Origin: an uncultured Muribaculaceae bacterium
GTDB lineage: Bacteria > Bacillota_I > Bacilli_A > RF39 > UBA660
Direction: 5' to 3'
Length of the DNA stretch: 54,368 bases
NCBI GenBank assembly: GCA_964430695.1
Contig: CAYSFO010000003.1
Location: 1 to 54,368 of the forward strand
In this document: positions 17,133-26,272 of the stretch, piece after piece
Position numbering within the stretch: the first letter of the stretch is position 1
How the letters are laid out: each line of letters opens with the position of its first letter
Notes under the pieces: generated by a model
The model's database searches: none
Seen by the model: the letters and a program-made list of their open reading frames with translations, nothing else
Told to the model about the DNA's origin: nothing
Translations under genes and position numbers: made by a program

Positions 17133-19385
17133 CTACATAATTTTACAAAGAATTGATTCTAATTCTTCTTTGGTTTCTTCTAATAATTCAATGCGATAAT
17201 TTTTTATTCCTAATTTTTGAAAAGCTCTGATAGAGTCAATTAAGTCAATATTTTTATAATGAAATAAATGCGTTAAATGATTTTCAGCTATTTCTGGGAT
17301 AATTCGGTATAATTTATTATTGTGGTCTTTTAAATAGTATTTGTTATCTTCTCGACAGACTTTACAAACTTTTTCTTTATTGACAAGCATATTTAAAGGA
17401 CAATGCTTCATTACCATCACTTCTGGTTTCCCATAAATAAATAGTTCCATTTTTTCAACATTCTCTATCTTTTTGCATATATTTTTAATTTGTTCTATAT
17501 CATTTTCTACAGATAAAGTAATTCTTTTTGCACCTAGATCTTCTAATAATTGAAAACTTGAAGAATTCGCAACATTTAAATAATAATCTGTAATTACTGT
17601 ATTTTGTTTTCCATATTTAAATAAAGCTCCTGTTTCTCCTACTAATAATTTTTCGCCAGTTAAATTTCTAAAGCTATGATTGACACGACTTAGCCTTAAA
17701 TAAACATTTCCTTCCCTTTTATATTTTTGATATAATGCCTCCTCTGTTACATAAATAGCATGAATATTTCTAGATAAACAAACACGTAATTGTTCTTCGT
17801 TGCGTACTAAAACATTAAGATTTATTTTTTTTGCTTCTCCTTTTGATTCTGGTTTTATAATCGGTATTTCCTTTTCTACAAATGGATGCGGAATTCTTTC
17901 TTCTCGTAGCTTTATTAACTTTTCTTCTAAGTTTCTTCGCATATTTTTTAGTTCACTCATTGGAAGAAAGATATCTTGGTCTCGAATAATCGTTATTTCA
18001 TTTAAAAGAAAGGGAGTATTACCTAAACTTCTTAATTTTTCTTCTATTACATCATTACTCGTTGGATTCTTTTGGGCTACATCTACACAATTCCCTTTTT
18101 CTATCACCGTAAATTCTCCATCACTAAAAGTAATAATTAAATTCGTATTCTTTTTCGCAATCACTTCACAAGAAATAGGAATCTTTTTATAAGAAAGTGT
18201 TTCTAATTCTTTTATAAGAGCAGAATCTATTGTTTTTAAAACCTTTCCTTTTGTTTTTAAGTTGATTTTATTATCTACAAAAATAATATCCCCTTTATCT
18301 GCTTTATTGATTAATAAACCTTTTGCATTATACAAAAAATTGACAATAAATCCTTTATTCTCATTCACAAAACGAATACCATCTTCTTGATGTAAAGGAC
18401 GTTCCAGTTTTATTTCTATTTTATCTTTAGAAAAACTTAAAACACTTCCTAAAAAAATCCCTTGATGGTTTGGCGTTTCTATATTCATAAGCTCTTCATT
18501 TTTAGCTCCAAATAAATGACCTTTCGTAAATCCTCGATTAAATAATACTTTTAATTTATCCATTTCTTCTTCAGAAAGAATGAAAGGTTTCTTTGCATTA
18601 TAATTATCGATTAAAGTTCGATATAATCTTGTTACAAAACCTACATAAGCAGGACTTTTCATTCTACCTTCTATTTTTAAAGAATAAATATTAGACTCCA
18701 TAACTTCTTTAAAAGATTCTAAAGTACTAAACTCTTTTGGACTTAATAAATACTTTCCTTTCGTGGGCACAATTGTTTCATTTTGAAGCAAAGTAAAAGG
18801 AAGACGACAAATTCCAGAACAAGAACCACGATTGCCACTACGGTTCATTAAAAGACTACTAAACAAACACTGCCCTGAATACGATATACATAAAGCTCCA
18901 TGGATAAATGCTTCTATTTCCATATTTGTTTTAAAATGATTCACTTCTTCTAAAGAAAGCTCTCTAGCAAGTACTACCCTTTTTATTCCTATTTGCTCTA
19001 AAAATTTTAATTGTTCAGAATTATGATTATGCATTTGCGTAGAGGCATGAATTTCTAGATTTGGAAATCTTTCTCGAACTTGTTTAATTAATCCTAAATC
19101 TTGAAGTATGACAGCATCAACATTGTTCTTATGAAGAAAACGAATATAGTTTAAGCATTCTTCTAATTCTTCTTCATAAATCATCGTATTTACAGTAACA
19201 TATATTTTTACGCCATATAAATGGCAATAGCGAATAGCATTTATAAGTTCCTCTTCGTTAAAATTATCAGCAAAAGCACGAGCGCCAAATTTTTTTCCCC
19301 CTAAATATACGGCATCACATCCATTGTGAATGGCTTCTTGTAAACTTTCGATATTTCCAACTGGAGATAGTAACTCTTTTTTCAT
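17133..19385 (-). CDS. Peptidase U32 family protein (long form)
   Basis: MKKELLSPVGN..AVYLGGKKFGARAFA..E(x)F(x)HGA(L)C(x)SYSGQC is typical of the U32 family. The start was moved to the ATG at 19385. Confidence 0.8.
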   Translation of the reverse strand: MKKELLSPVGNIESLQEAIHNGCDAVYLGGKKFGARAFADNFNEEELINAIRYCHLYGVKIYVTVNTMIYEEELEECLNYIRFLHKNNVDAVILQDLGLIKQVRERFPNLEIHASTQMHNHNSEQLKFLEQIGIKRVVLARELSLEEVNHFKTNMEIEAFIHGALCISYSGQCLFSSLLMNRSGNRGSCSGICRLPFTLLQNETIVPTKGKYLLSPKEFSTLESFKEVMESNIYSLKIEGRMKSPAYVGFVTRLYRTLIDNYNAKKPFILSEEEMDKLKVLFNRGFTKGHLFGAKNEELMNIETPNHQGIFLGSVLSFSKDKIEIKLERPLHQEDGIRFVNENKGFIVNFLYNAKGLLINKADKGDIIFVDNKINLKTKGKVLKTIDSALIKELETLSYKKIPISCEVIAKKNTNLIITFSDGEFTVIEKGNCVDVAQKNPTSNDVIEEKLRSLGNTPFLLNEITIIRDQDIFLPMSELKNMRRNLEEKLIKLREERIPHPFVEKEIPIIKPESKGEAKKINLNVLVRNEEQLRVCLSRNIHAIYVTEEALYQKYKREGNVYLRLSRVNHSFRNLTGEKLLVGETGALFKYGKQNTVITDYYLNVANSSSFQLLEDLGAKRITLSVENDIEQIKNICKKIENVEKMELFIYGKPEVMVMKHCPLNMLVNKEKVCKVCREDNKYYLKDHNNKLYRIIPEIAENHLTHLFHYKNIDLIDSIRAFQKLGIKNYRIELLEETKEELESILCKIM

Positions 19386-19531
19386 AAAAATCCTTCTTTT
19401 TTTTATTATAACAAATGCTATGCTTTTTTTAAATCTTTGAAAAAGAAACAAAAAGCTTAAATGCATAAAAAATAATGTATAAACAGTACAAAAATTTTAA
19501 GGTTATACATTATTCTTTCTTAAAAGTTTAT

Positions 19532-20725
19532 TTAAGCATCTATATTTTTGTCATAAGATTCATCAACAACTTCATATCGACGATTTTTAGAAACAAAACT
19601 AACTAGTTTTGTTGAACCCCATCCTAGTAATGCTAAAACAAAGAAATACACTACCCCAAACATAGTAAATGTTGGTTCTGACTTTGTAAGTAAACTTATA
19701 ATAGACGCTCCAGCACTCATACTGGTTACAATGGTTAGACTATTAATTGATTTACTTGTAACATCTGATTTCAAACTAGAGAATAGTGATTTAGCAGAAG
19801 CTACATAAGTTTGTGTCATATCCCACAAATATTGAATATAAGATAAAGTATCACGTAAAGTTTCAAAGCGATAACCAGAAATACTCAAGAATTCTGCAAG
19901 TTCTGGATCACTTTTGGCAATTTTTTCACGAGTAGAAATATAAGTACCCATTTGATTAATTCTACCATCAATTAAATTAATTGTTTTAGAATATCCTTCT
20001 AACTTACTACTAAATTTAACAATATCTGCGCCTTTAACTTTCACGTTTTCTTTTACTTCATCAATTTTTTCCCAAATAACACGATGTAAATCTAAATAAC
20101 GATGCATTTGTCCTTTAAACTCACGAATAAAGATTTGTTCCTCAATATATTTTTCAATATTTTCTATCGATTGCTTTTTATTATTAATAAAATAATATTT
20201 ATCTCCTCTTATCACATCATATTTATCATTGTTAAACTCAAAATATTTTTGTTTTTCTGTACGATTTAGTAACTCAGTCATTTCTTCTTTTTTTGCTTTA
20301 TCACAAACAATAAAATAAGGATATACGGTTGCAATATTCGCCAGTTCTTTTGGTACAGGTGCTCCAAGACTAAAAAGATAATTAATCGCTGGAGATAATT
20401 TATTTTCATAATAATCCGTTACTTTATCTAAATCAGCAAAAAGAGTATCTTCACTCACATTTTGATTATTTAAAACAATTAAACCATCTTCAAATATTTT
20501 TACAGAAATATTAAAAGCGGTTGTAAATGCAATATATTCTTCTCCAGCAACTCCATAATCTATTTTCCCAATTTCTAATGCTTTATGAAGTTGTTCTAAT
20601 TTTTCTTTATCTAATTTCAAATTTGATCTACATTCTCTTAAAAAATTATACATTTCTGTTAATTGAAGCATGGTTCTTTGAAACCAGCCACCTATATAAA
20701 TATTTGTTATTTTCATACTTTTCAC
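19532..20725 (-). CDS. Hypothetical protein with ~320-aa cytoplasmic domain and two C-terminal TM helices
   Basis: 397-aa ORF. The C-terminus SLTIVTSMSAGASIISLL / FGVVYFFVLALLGWG is hydrophobic. I recognise no family. Confidence 0.5.
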   Translation of the reverse strand: MKSMKITNIYIGGWFQRTMLQLTEMYNFLRECRSNLKLDKEKLEQLHKALEIGKIDYGVAGEEYIAFTTAFNISVKIFEDGLIVLNNQNVSEDTLFADLDKVTDYYENKLSPAINYLFSLGAPVPKELANIATVYPYFIVCDKAKKEEMTELLNRTEKQKYFEFNNDKYDVIRGDKYYFINNKKQSIENIEKYIEEQIFIREFKGQMHRYLDLHRVIWEKIDEVKENVKVKGADIVKFSSKLEGYSKTINLIDGRINQMGTYISTREKIAKSDPELAEFLSISGYRFETLRDTLSYIQYLWDMTQTYVASAKSLFSSLKSDVTSKSINSLTIVTSMSAGASIISLLTKSEPTFTMFGVVYFFVLALLGWGSTKLVSFVSKNRRYEVVDESYDKNIDA

Positions 20726-20733
20726 TCTCTTTT

Positions 20734-21192
20734 CTATATATCTAAATTAAAAAATGCGGCATCGTCTTTTACAAAACCAAATCTCTTATAACAAGAATGG
20801 GCGGGAACTCGAAAGTTTCTTGACCATAATTTTATAGCACTGCAATTTTTTTGCTTGCATATTCTTTTTGTTATTTCCAACATTCGTGTAGCCACTTGAT
20901 GTCTCCGAAATTCCGGTTTCACACAAACATGATTTAATATAGCAAAGGTATTCATATCTTTAAAAATAGTAGGAACAATTGCTATCCGCGTATGAGCAAT
21001 GACTTCTCCTTCACATTCTCCAATTAAATAAATTTGATTATGATCATGTTTGTTTTCATTGAATATTTTTTCTGCTTCTTCAACTTTTGTATCTTCCTCA
21101 AAACATTCATTACATAAAAGAACAATTCCAGGAACATTTGTAACATCTGCTATCTTGAATTTAATTTTCATCCTTTTAAACACCTCTATCAT
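20734..21192 (-). CDS. GNAT family N-acetyltransferase
   Basis: The acetyl-CoA motif region is VKPEFRRHQVATRMLE. Confidence 0.75.
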   Translation of the reverse strand: MIEVFKRMKIKFKIADVTNVPGIVLLCNECFEEDTKVEEAEKIFNENKHDHNQIYLIGECEGEVIAHTRIAIVPTIFKDMNTFAILNHVCVKPEFRRHQVATRMLEITKRICKQKNCSAIKLWSRNFRVPAHSCYKRFGFVKDDAAFFNLDI

Positions 21193-21261
21193 CTCAAGTG
21201 TAGCATAAAATAATCATCCTTTTGTAGTTTTACATAAACATTTACACTTTTATATGTAAAG

Positions 21262-21993
21262 TTATTCTTTTATCAATTTGCTATTTCCTGTTTGATAATC
21301 TATCTCTATTCCTTCTTGCACATTGTAAACATAGACATTAAATTCGATTCCTTCTCCCTGATCTTCTACCGAATAAGCTTCCATTTGAATCCCACTTGCT
21401 ACTAAATTATCTCTTTCAAAAATGGGTGTCACACGATACAATACGTGATTGTTTGTTTCTTTAATATATTCTGCTACTTGATTTTCAAATTGTAACATTC
21501 CTACTGTATTTGTATATCTTGTACAAGTAATTAAATTGTTTACATTTGCATTTTCTCCCGTTAATTGATACCCAATTAAGTGACAACGATTGTATAAATA
21601 TTTACCATCGACGATATCATACTTTACTGTGTGCCATCCCGTTGGTTTAATCATACCAATGCTTCCTCGTTCTTCTGTCGGCATTAAGTCTGTTCCAATA
21701 GACGCATACGCAACACCACATCTTCCTAAAGAATCTAATTCACTATAGGTTTCAAAGGAAGTAGTCGTATAATCACTTTCTGTAAACTCTGGTTTATTTC
21801 CATTAATAATTGCATAAGACTCTCCTGCATATTCTGGAATTTCTTCTAAGCTATAAGAATACTTAATATTAGAAGAATTATCTTCTGTTGTAAAAAATTC
21901 ATTTTGAAAATAACTAGCTATTCCTAGTCCAGCTAGTACAACAATAGATAAAAGTAAACTTTCCTTTTTTCTTCCTCTTCTTCGTTTTGCCAT
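21262..21993 (-). CDS. Secreted/membrane-anchored DNA/RNA non-specific endonuclease (EndA/NucA-like DNA-entry nuclease family)
   Basis: An N-terminal anchor is followed by LDSLGRCGVAYA..YNRCHLIGYQLTGENANVNNLITCTRYTN. Confidence 0.75.
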   Translation of the reverse strand: MAKRRRGRKKESLLLSIVVLAGLGIASYFQNEFFTTEDNSSNIKYSYSLEEIPEYAGESYAIINGNKPEFTESDYTTTSFETYSELDSLGRCGVAYASIGTDLMPTEERGSIGMIKPTGWHTVKYDIVDGKYLYNRCHLIGYQLTGENANVNNLITCTRYTNTVGMLQFENQVAEYIKETNNHVLYRVTPIFERDNLVASGIQMEAYSVEDQGEGIEFNVYVYNVQEGIEIDYQTGNSKLIKE

Positions 21994-22013
21994 AATACTC
22001 TCACCTTCTAAAC

Positions 22014-22730
22014 TTATAAATTTTTAAAAATATTACCAAGACTTTCATGGATAACTAAATCCGCTTTCTCATCATAAGTTGTTTTTTCTTTATTTAACAA
22101 AACTAAATGTTTCCCTTTAAAATAATGAATTAAACCACTCGCTGGATACACTCTTAGAGAAGTTCCTGCAACAATTAATAAGTCCGCTTCTTGAATACCT
22201 CTTATTGCATGCTCTACAGTTTCATTATCTAACGGTTCTTCATATAAAACAACATCCGGTTTTATCATTCCTCCACAACTACATTTAGGAATATCTTGAC
22301 TAGCAAAAACAAACGGTGCATCATAAAATTTATGACAATCCATACAATAATTTCTTAAGATACTCCCATGAAGTTCATAAACATTTTTTGTTCCTGCTTT
22401 CGTATGTAACCCATCAATATTTTGCGTAATGACTGCTTTTAACTTTCCCTGTTGTTCCCATTCCGTTAATTTATAATGAGTAATATTTGGTTCATAAGAT
22501 AAAGAATTCATTTTTTCTTTATAAAATTTATAAAACTCTTTTGTTTGGTTCATGAAAAAGGTATGACTTAATATTTCTTCTGGTGGATAGGCATATTTTT
22601 GATTATATAAACCATCTTTACTTCTAAAATCGGGAATACCACTTTCTGTAGATACCCCTGCTCCCCCAAAGAAAATGATGGAATCACTTTTTTCTATCCA
22701 TTCTTTTAACTCTTTTATTTTATTATCCAT
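22014..22730 (-). CDS. cobB: NAD-dependent protein deacylase (Sir2 family)
   Basis: Motifs GAGVSTESGIPDFRS, QNIDGLH and the Zn ribbon CMDC..CSCGG are present. It has its own extended -10 promoter (TGgTATAAT, 22766..22758). The start was moved to the ATG at 22730. Confidence 0.85.
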   Translation of the reverse strand: MDNKIKELKEWIEKSDSIIFFGGAGVSTESGIPDFRSKDGLYNQKYAYPPEEILSHTFFMNQTKEFYKFYKEKMNSLSYEPNITHYKLTEWEQQGKLKAVITQNIDGLHTKAGTKNVYELHGSILRNYCMDCHKFYDAPFVFASQDIPKCSCGGMIKPDVVLYEEPLDNETVEHAIRGIQEADLLIVAGTSLRVYPASGLIHYFKGKHLVLLNKEKTTYDEKADLVIHESLGNIFKNL

Positions 22731-22769
22731 ATGCACTCCTATGTTTATCTTAATTTCATTATACCATAC

Positions 22770-22792
22770 AAAAAACAAACCTTATAGGTCTG
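22770..22792 (-). terminator. Intrinsic terminator ending the DUF5131-NUDIX-Nmad3-like operon
   Basis: Minus-strand CAGACC-tataa-GGTTTG followed by T6. Confidence 0.5.
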
Positions 22793-22811
22793 TTTCATTC
22801 ATTTTTTTATT

Positions 22812-23675
22812 TTATAATTTCACTGTTTCTTTTATATGATTAGCAGAATATTTTTTAATTAAATTTATTGCCCATTTTTCTATTTGTTCATTTTCCTCAA
22901 TTACAAATTCTTGCCCTCTACAAGCGGATTTAAAATAGCCCTCTTTCCAACTATCTTTATTATGATAAGTTATAGAAACATCTTTGAAGATGTCAGGCAA
23001 TTCCCAACAAGTTCTTGTTAAACCTTTTTTAGTTAAATCTAATTCTTCATTATATACAAACATTCCATATCCTTTTATATTTTCATCAAACGTACATGTT
23101 TCTCTTGCAATATAAATGCAGTTTGATTCATTATTCAGTCTTCTTAACGATTTGGCATGAGGATGATTTTTAAGCCATTCTGGCACCTCATTTTTATTTG
23201 GATATATAATTTTATCTATTTGTAAATAGCCAAAAATCGTGTGCTTCCCATCACCTTTTTTAAATTTATAACCATTTTCCGTTTCTATTACATCATTAAA
23301 CCAGCCAAAAAACAGAAATAAATCACCCTCTTTGACATTATTATTTTCTAATACTTTTTGAGCGGCATTTATTTGTCCGAATGCTCCACGCCATCCCTCT
23401 TTACGTTCAACAGAATACGCACATAAATCTGGATCTAGATGACATTTCATATTTTTTGTTAACACTTGTGTATGTCCTAACTTTATATTTTTATTTAATT
23501 GTTTCATTATATTATATACAGATTTTCCATGCTTATCTTTTAAATCAAAGTAAGTATAATCATCCTCTTTATCACTTGGAATAGGAAATGTTATCATTTC
23601 CCCAGTAGGCAAAATAATACTTGGATAACCTCCATATCCAGAATCAAATCCTTTTCTACTTAATACTACTTTCAT
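22812..23675 (-). CDS. Nmad3-like (nucleotide-modification-associated domain 3) family protein, tentative
   Basis: The N-terminus MKVVLSRKGFDSGYGGYPSIILPTGEMITFPIPS, with CHLDPDL, WRGAFGQ and GDLFLFFGWF, matches my recollection of Nmad3 family proteins. This needs HMM confirmation. Confidence 0.45.
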   Translation of the reverse strand: MKVVLSRKGFDSGYGGYPSIILPTGEMITFPIPSDKEDDYTYFDLKDKHGKSVYNIMKQLNKNIKLGHTQVLTKNMKCHLDPDLCAYSVERKEGWRGAFGQINAAQKVLENNNVKEGDLFLFFGWFNDVIETENGYKFKKGDGKHTIFGYLQIDKIIYPNKNEVPEWLKNHPHAKSLRRLNNESNCIYIARETCTFDENIKGYGMFVYNEELDLTKKGLTRTCWELPDIFKDVSITYHNKDSWKEGYFKSACRGQEFVIEENEQIEKWAINLIKKYSANHIKETVKL

Positions 23676-23682
23676 ATTTTCC

Positions 23683-24171
23683 TCAAATCCATTCTTCTAC
23701 ATAACTTTCATTTGTTAAATTATATTTTTCTATAGCAAGTGATACTGCATCATCCACTTGTTCATCACCAACTTTACCCCAATTTAAATATTGTTTTGCT
23801 TTCTTTGGTGACGTTAAAAGTCTTTGATACAATTTTTTCGTATCAGGATCTTCTTTTGGTTCACCAATTTTATCAATTTGAGCTATCATTCTAACTTGTG
23901 CATATGGTTTTATATCATTTTGTTCATCCACATATTGATAGCCTAGCATATGAATATTTTTTAATGTGATATTGGCTTCTTCTAAAAACTCTCGTTTTAA
24001 TGTCTCTTCCAAAGAAGTATCAAATTTTTCTGGCTTTCCTCCCGTTAATTTATATGCACCATCTTCAATACGCAAAAAAATTCTTCCATGTTGGTCAAAA
24101 ACAATGCCGTATACTTGCTTAATTAATACATTTTGGGGAACTTCCCCCTTTATCCACTGAATTGTTACCAT
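23683..24171 (-). CDS. NUDIX hydrolase
   Basis: The Nudix box is GGKPEKFDTSLEETLKREFLEEANI. Confidence 0.85.
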   Translation of the reverse strand: MVTIQWIKGEVPQNVLIKQVYGIVFDQHGRIFLRIEDGAYKLTGGKPEKFDTSLEETLKREFLEEANITLKNIHMLGYQYVDEQNDIKPYAQVRMIAQIDKIGEPKEDPDTKKLYQRLLTSPKKAKQYLNWGKVGDEQVDDAVSLAIEKYNLTNESYVEEWI

Positions 24172-24191
24172 AAATTCTCCTTAATCAATAC

Positions 24192-24926
24192 TTATTTCAT
24201 TTTTTCTAGATATTTCATACCTTTTTTCGCTTGCTCATATTCTTCATGATGTTTAATTTGATAGCGGTTACCATTCATTATAAAGTTAGAGCCAGTTTGA
24301 TGAAAATCAAATTTAACATGATATTTATCACAAGTTTCTTTAATATGTTTTACCCATTCAAAATTACAAACACGTGCATTTTCATAAGATTCTCCACTAA
24401 CAGAAACTAACTCGAAGGCTCCTGTACTCAAATACATACTCAAATCAACATCTTCTAAAATAGGAGCCACAAAAATGTATTTATGTTTTGCTTTTATCTT
24501 CAAAAAAATAGGCAATCGTTCTTCTACTTTTTCTTGATTTTCACAAGTCACAGCTATTGTTACATTGGGATATCCCTCACTCCAATCAGAAGGAATACAT
24601 TCATTAAATCTATGAATTCTTTTTGTACAAATTAGGAAATGAACATCCCTTCTTTGTTTTATCATTTTCCAAGCATCCTCTCTCCATGCGTCTGCATCAG
24701 AAAGAAAAAAATCTGAGGTAAAACAAGTCGCTACTTTACTTCCAAAAGGTATTTTAAAATTTCCATTTCTATCTTTTTTTAATGGTAAATTAAAATTTGT
24801 TTTCGATTTAGTAACAATATTCGCATCTTTATCTCGTTTCTTATCCAAATAATAAACATAACAATTTAAACATCCTGGACTACATTTATGACATCCATGC
24901 CAAGGATTCCATTGTAAATTACGCAT
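24192..24926 (-). CDS. DUF5131 (phage Gp37/Gp68) family protein
   Basis: N-terminal WNPWHGCHKCSPGCLNCY matches the family's three-Cys motif. LICTKR and a GES...AR-like segment are also present. Confidence 0.65.
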   Translation of the reverse strand: MRNLQWNPWHGCHKCSPGCLNCYVYYLDKKRDKDANIVTKSKTNFNLPLKKDRNGNFKIPFGSKVATCFTSDFFLSDADAWREDAWKMIKQRRDVHFLICTKRIHRFNECIPSDWSEGYPNVTIAVTCENQEKVEERLPIFLKIKAKHKYIFVAPILEDVDLSMYLSTGAFELVSVSGESYENARVCNFEWVKHIKETCDKYHVKFDFHQTGSNFIMNGNRYQIKHHEEYEQAKKGMKYLEKMK

Positions 24927-24947
24927 AATTTATCACTACCATCAATT

Positions 24948-25139
24948 CTACTTATTCCTTTTCTTTTCAAGAATAAATGTAATCAATCTCCAAATAAGCC
25001 ATCCAATAGTCAAGCCAATTAAGTTATCTAAAACAGAAGTTGTTGTCCATCCTTTTTTATCAGCAACTAATAGTATAATTAATAAGATAACCATATAAAC
25101 TATAATCTCTTTTAAAAATGTGATTACTTTTTCTTTCAT
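24948..25139 (-). CDS. Small two-TM membrane protein
   Basis: The sequence is MKEKVITFLKEIIVYMVILLIILLVADKKGWTTTSVLDNLIGLTIGWLIWRLITFILEKKRNK. It is packed between the GNAT and DUF5131 genes. Confidence 0.5.
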   Translation of the reverse strand: MKEKVITFLKEIIVYMVILLIILLVADKKGWTTTSVLDNLIGLTIGWLIWRLITFILEKKRNK

Positions 25140-25167
25140 AAAAACTCCTTTATAAAACATATTTTTA

Positions 25168-25608
25168 TTAATTTTCATATATATTATCATTGATTTTTAA
25201 CACCATTTTTTTATAATGAGTCTTAAATCCTAATTTTTCATATAAGTCTTTGGCAATATTTTCTCCAATCACCTCTAATGACATATCCTTATTTTGTTCT
25301 TTTGCCATATCAATTATTTTTCTTAATGCTATTGTACCAATGCCTTTATTTCGGTATTTTTCATCAATAAAAAATCTATATAGATATATTTCTTTTTCAT
25401 AATTTTTTATCCCTATGAAACCAACCATATTATTTTCAAACATTATTTTAAAATATTCCTCGTTTTCTTGGAATTTTAATTCTTCTGGTTTAACAATTCT
25501 TAATTGATACACTTTATCTACAGTATTATGATGTTTCCATTCTTCTATAATCCATTCTCTAAAAAAATCATTATTTTCTTTTTCTAATTTAACTTTTGAA
25601 TTTTTCAT
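25168..25608 (-). CDS. GNAT family N-acetyltransferase
   Basis: The motif is IDEKYRNKGIGTIALRKII. Confidence 0.75.
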   Translation of the reverse strand: MKNSKVKLEKENNDFFREWIIEEWKHHNTVDKVYQLRIVKPEELKFQENEEYFKIMFENNMVGFIGIKNYEKEIYLYRFFIDEKYRNKGIGTIALRKIIDMAKEQNKDMSLEVIGENIAKDLYEKLGFKTHYKKMVLKINDNIYEN

Positions 25609-25645
25609 ATTATCTTCTCCGTAATCTTCTAAAATTTTAGTAAAA

Positions 25646-26272
25646 TTATTTGATTTTTTCTAGCCCTTTAATCTCAAAATCTGTTATTTTATTTTCTTTT
25701 GCATATTTAATTAGTAGATTTGCTTCATATGTTGCAAGACTTCTACCAGAATTATAACTATTATCGGATAAGAACCAATTATCAGCATCTGAAAAGCCAT
25801 CATATGATGGAATTGTTATTACATTAACATTAGGGTATTTTTTATTTATAATGCCCTTACATCTTTTTAGATGAAATTCACTTGTGATAATAATGATAGA
25901 TTCAATCCCTCCAGTTATTAATTTAAAAGAGTTATCAACATTTTCAAAGCTATTATTTGAAGAATCATCAACTAAAATATCTTCTTCTTTAATGCCTAAT
26001 TTGATTGCAAGTTTCTTCATTTTTACCGCTTCAGGTACGCAATCATTATTTTGGTTACTAATTCCGTTACTTCCACCACTAAAAATAACTTTTTTTATTC
26101 TTCCGTTTTTATATGCCGAATAAGCTGTTGTAACTCTTTGCTCTATTAACATACTATTTCCAAAAACTATTCCATAAGTTGCATTTTCTTCAGTATCAAC
26201 AATTCCTTCATACACGATTTTCTGGATTTCATCATCTGTTAATTGACTTTTATCAATCTCTTTTAATCTCAT
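25646..26272 (-). CDS. DUF218 (YdcF/SanA/ElyC-like) domain protein
   Basis: Motifs VIFSGGS, EAVKMKKLAIKLGI..NSFENV and ITSEFHLKRC are present. Confidence 0.65.
   Translation of the reverse strand: MRLKEIDKSQLTDDEIQKIVYEGIVDTEENATYGIVFGNSMLIEQRVTTAYSAYKNGRIKKVIFSGGSNGISNQNNDCVPEAVKMKKLAIKLGIKEEDILVDDSSNNSFENVDNSFKLITGGIESIIIITSEFHLKRCKGIINKKYPNVNVITIPSYDGFSDADNWFLSDNSYNSGRSLATYEANLLIKYAKENKITDFEIKGLEKIK

Noticed and set aside
22014-22730. The Sir2-domain gene as a defence effector (Thoeris/DSR-like) linked to the neighbouring nuclease and Nmad3 operon
   Set aside because: It looks like a canonical short sirtuin, with GAGVSTESGIPDFRS, a Zn-ribbon cysteine motif and no extra sensor domains. 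It also has its own promoter, downstream of a terminator.
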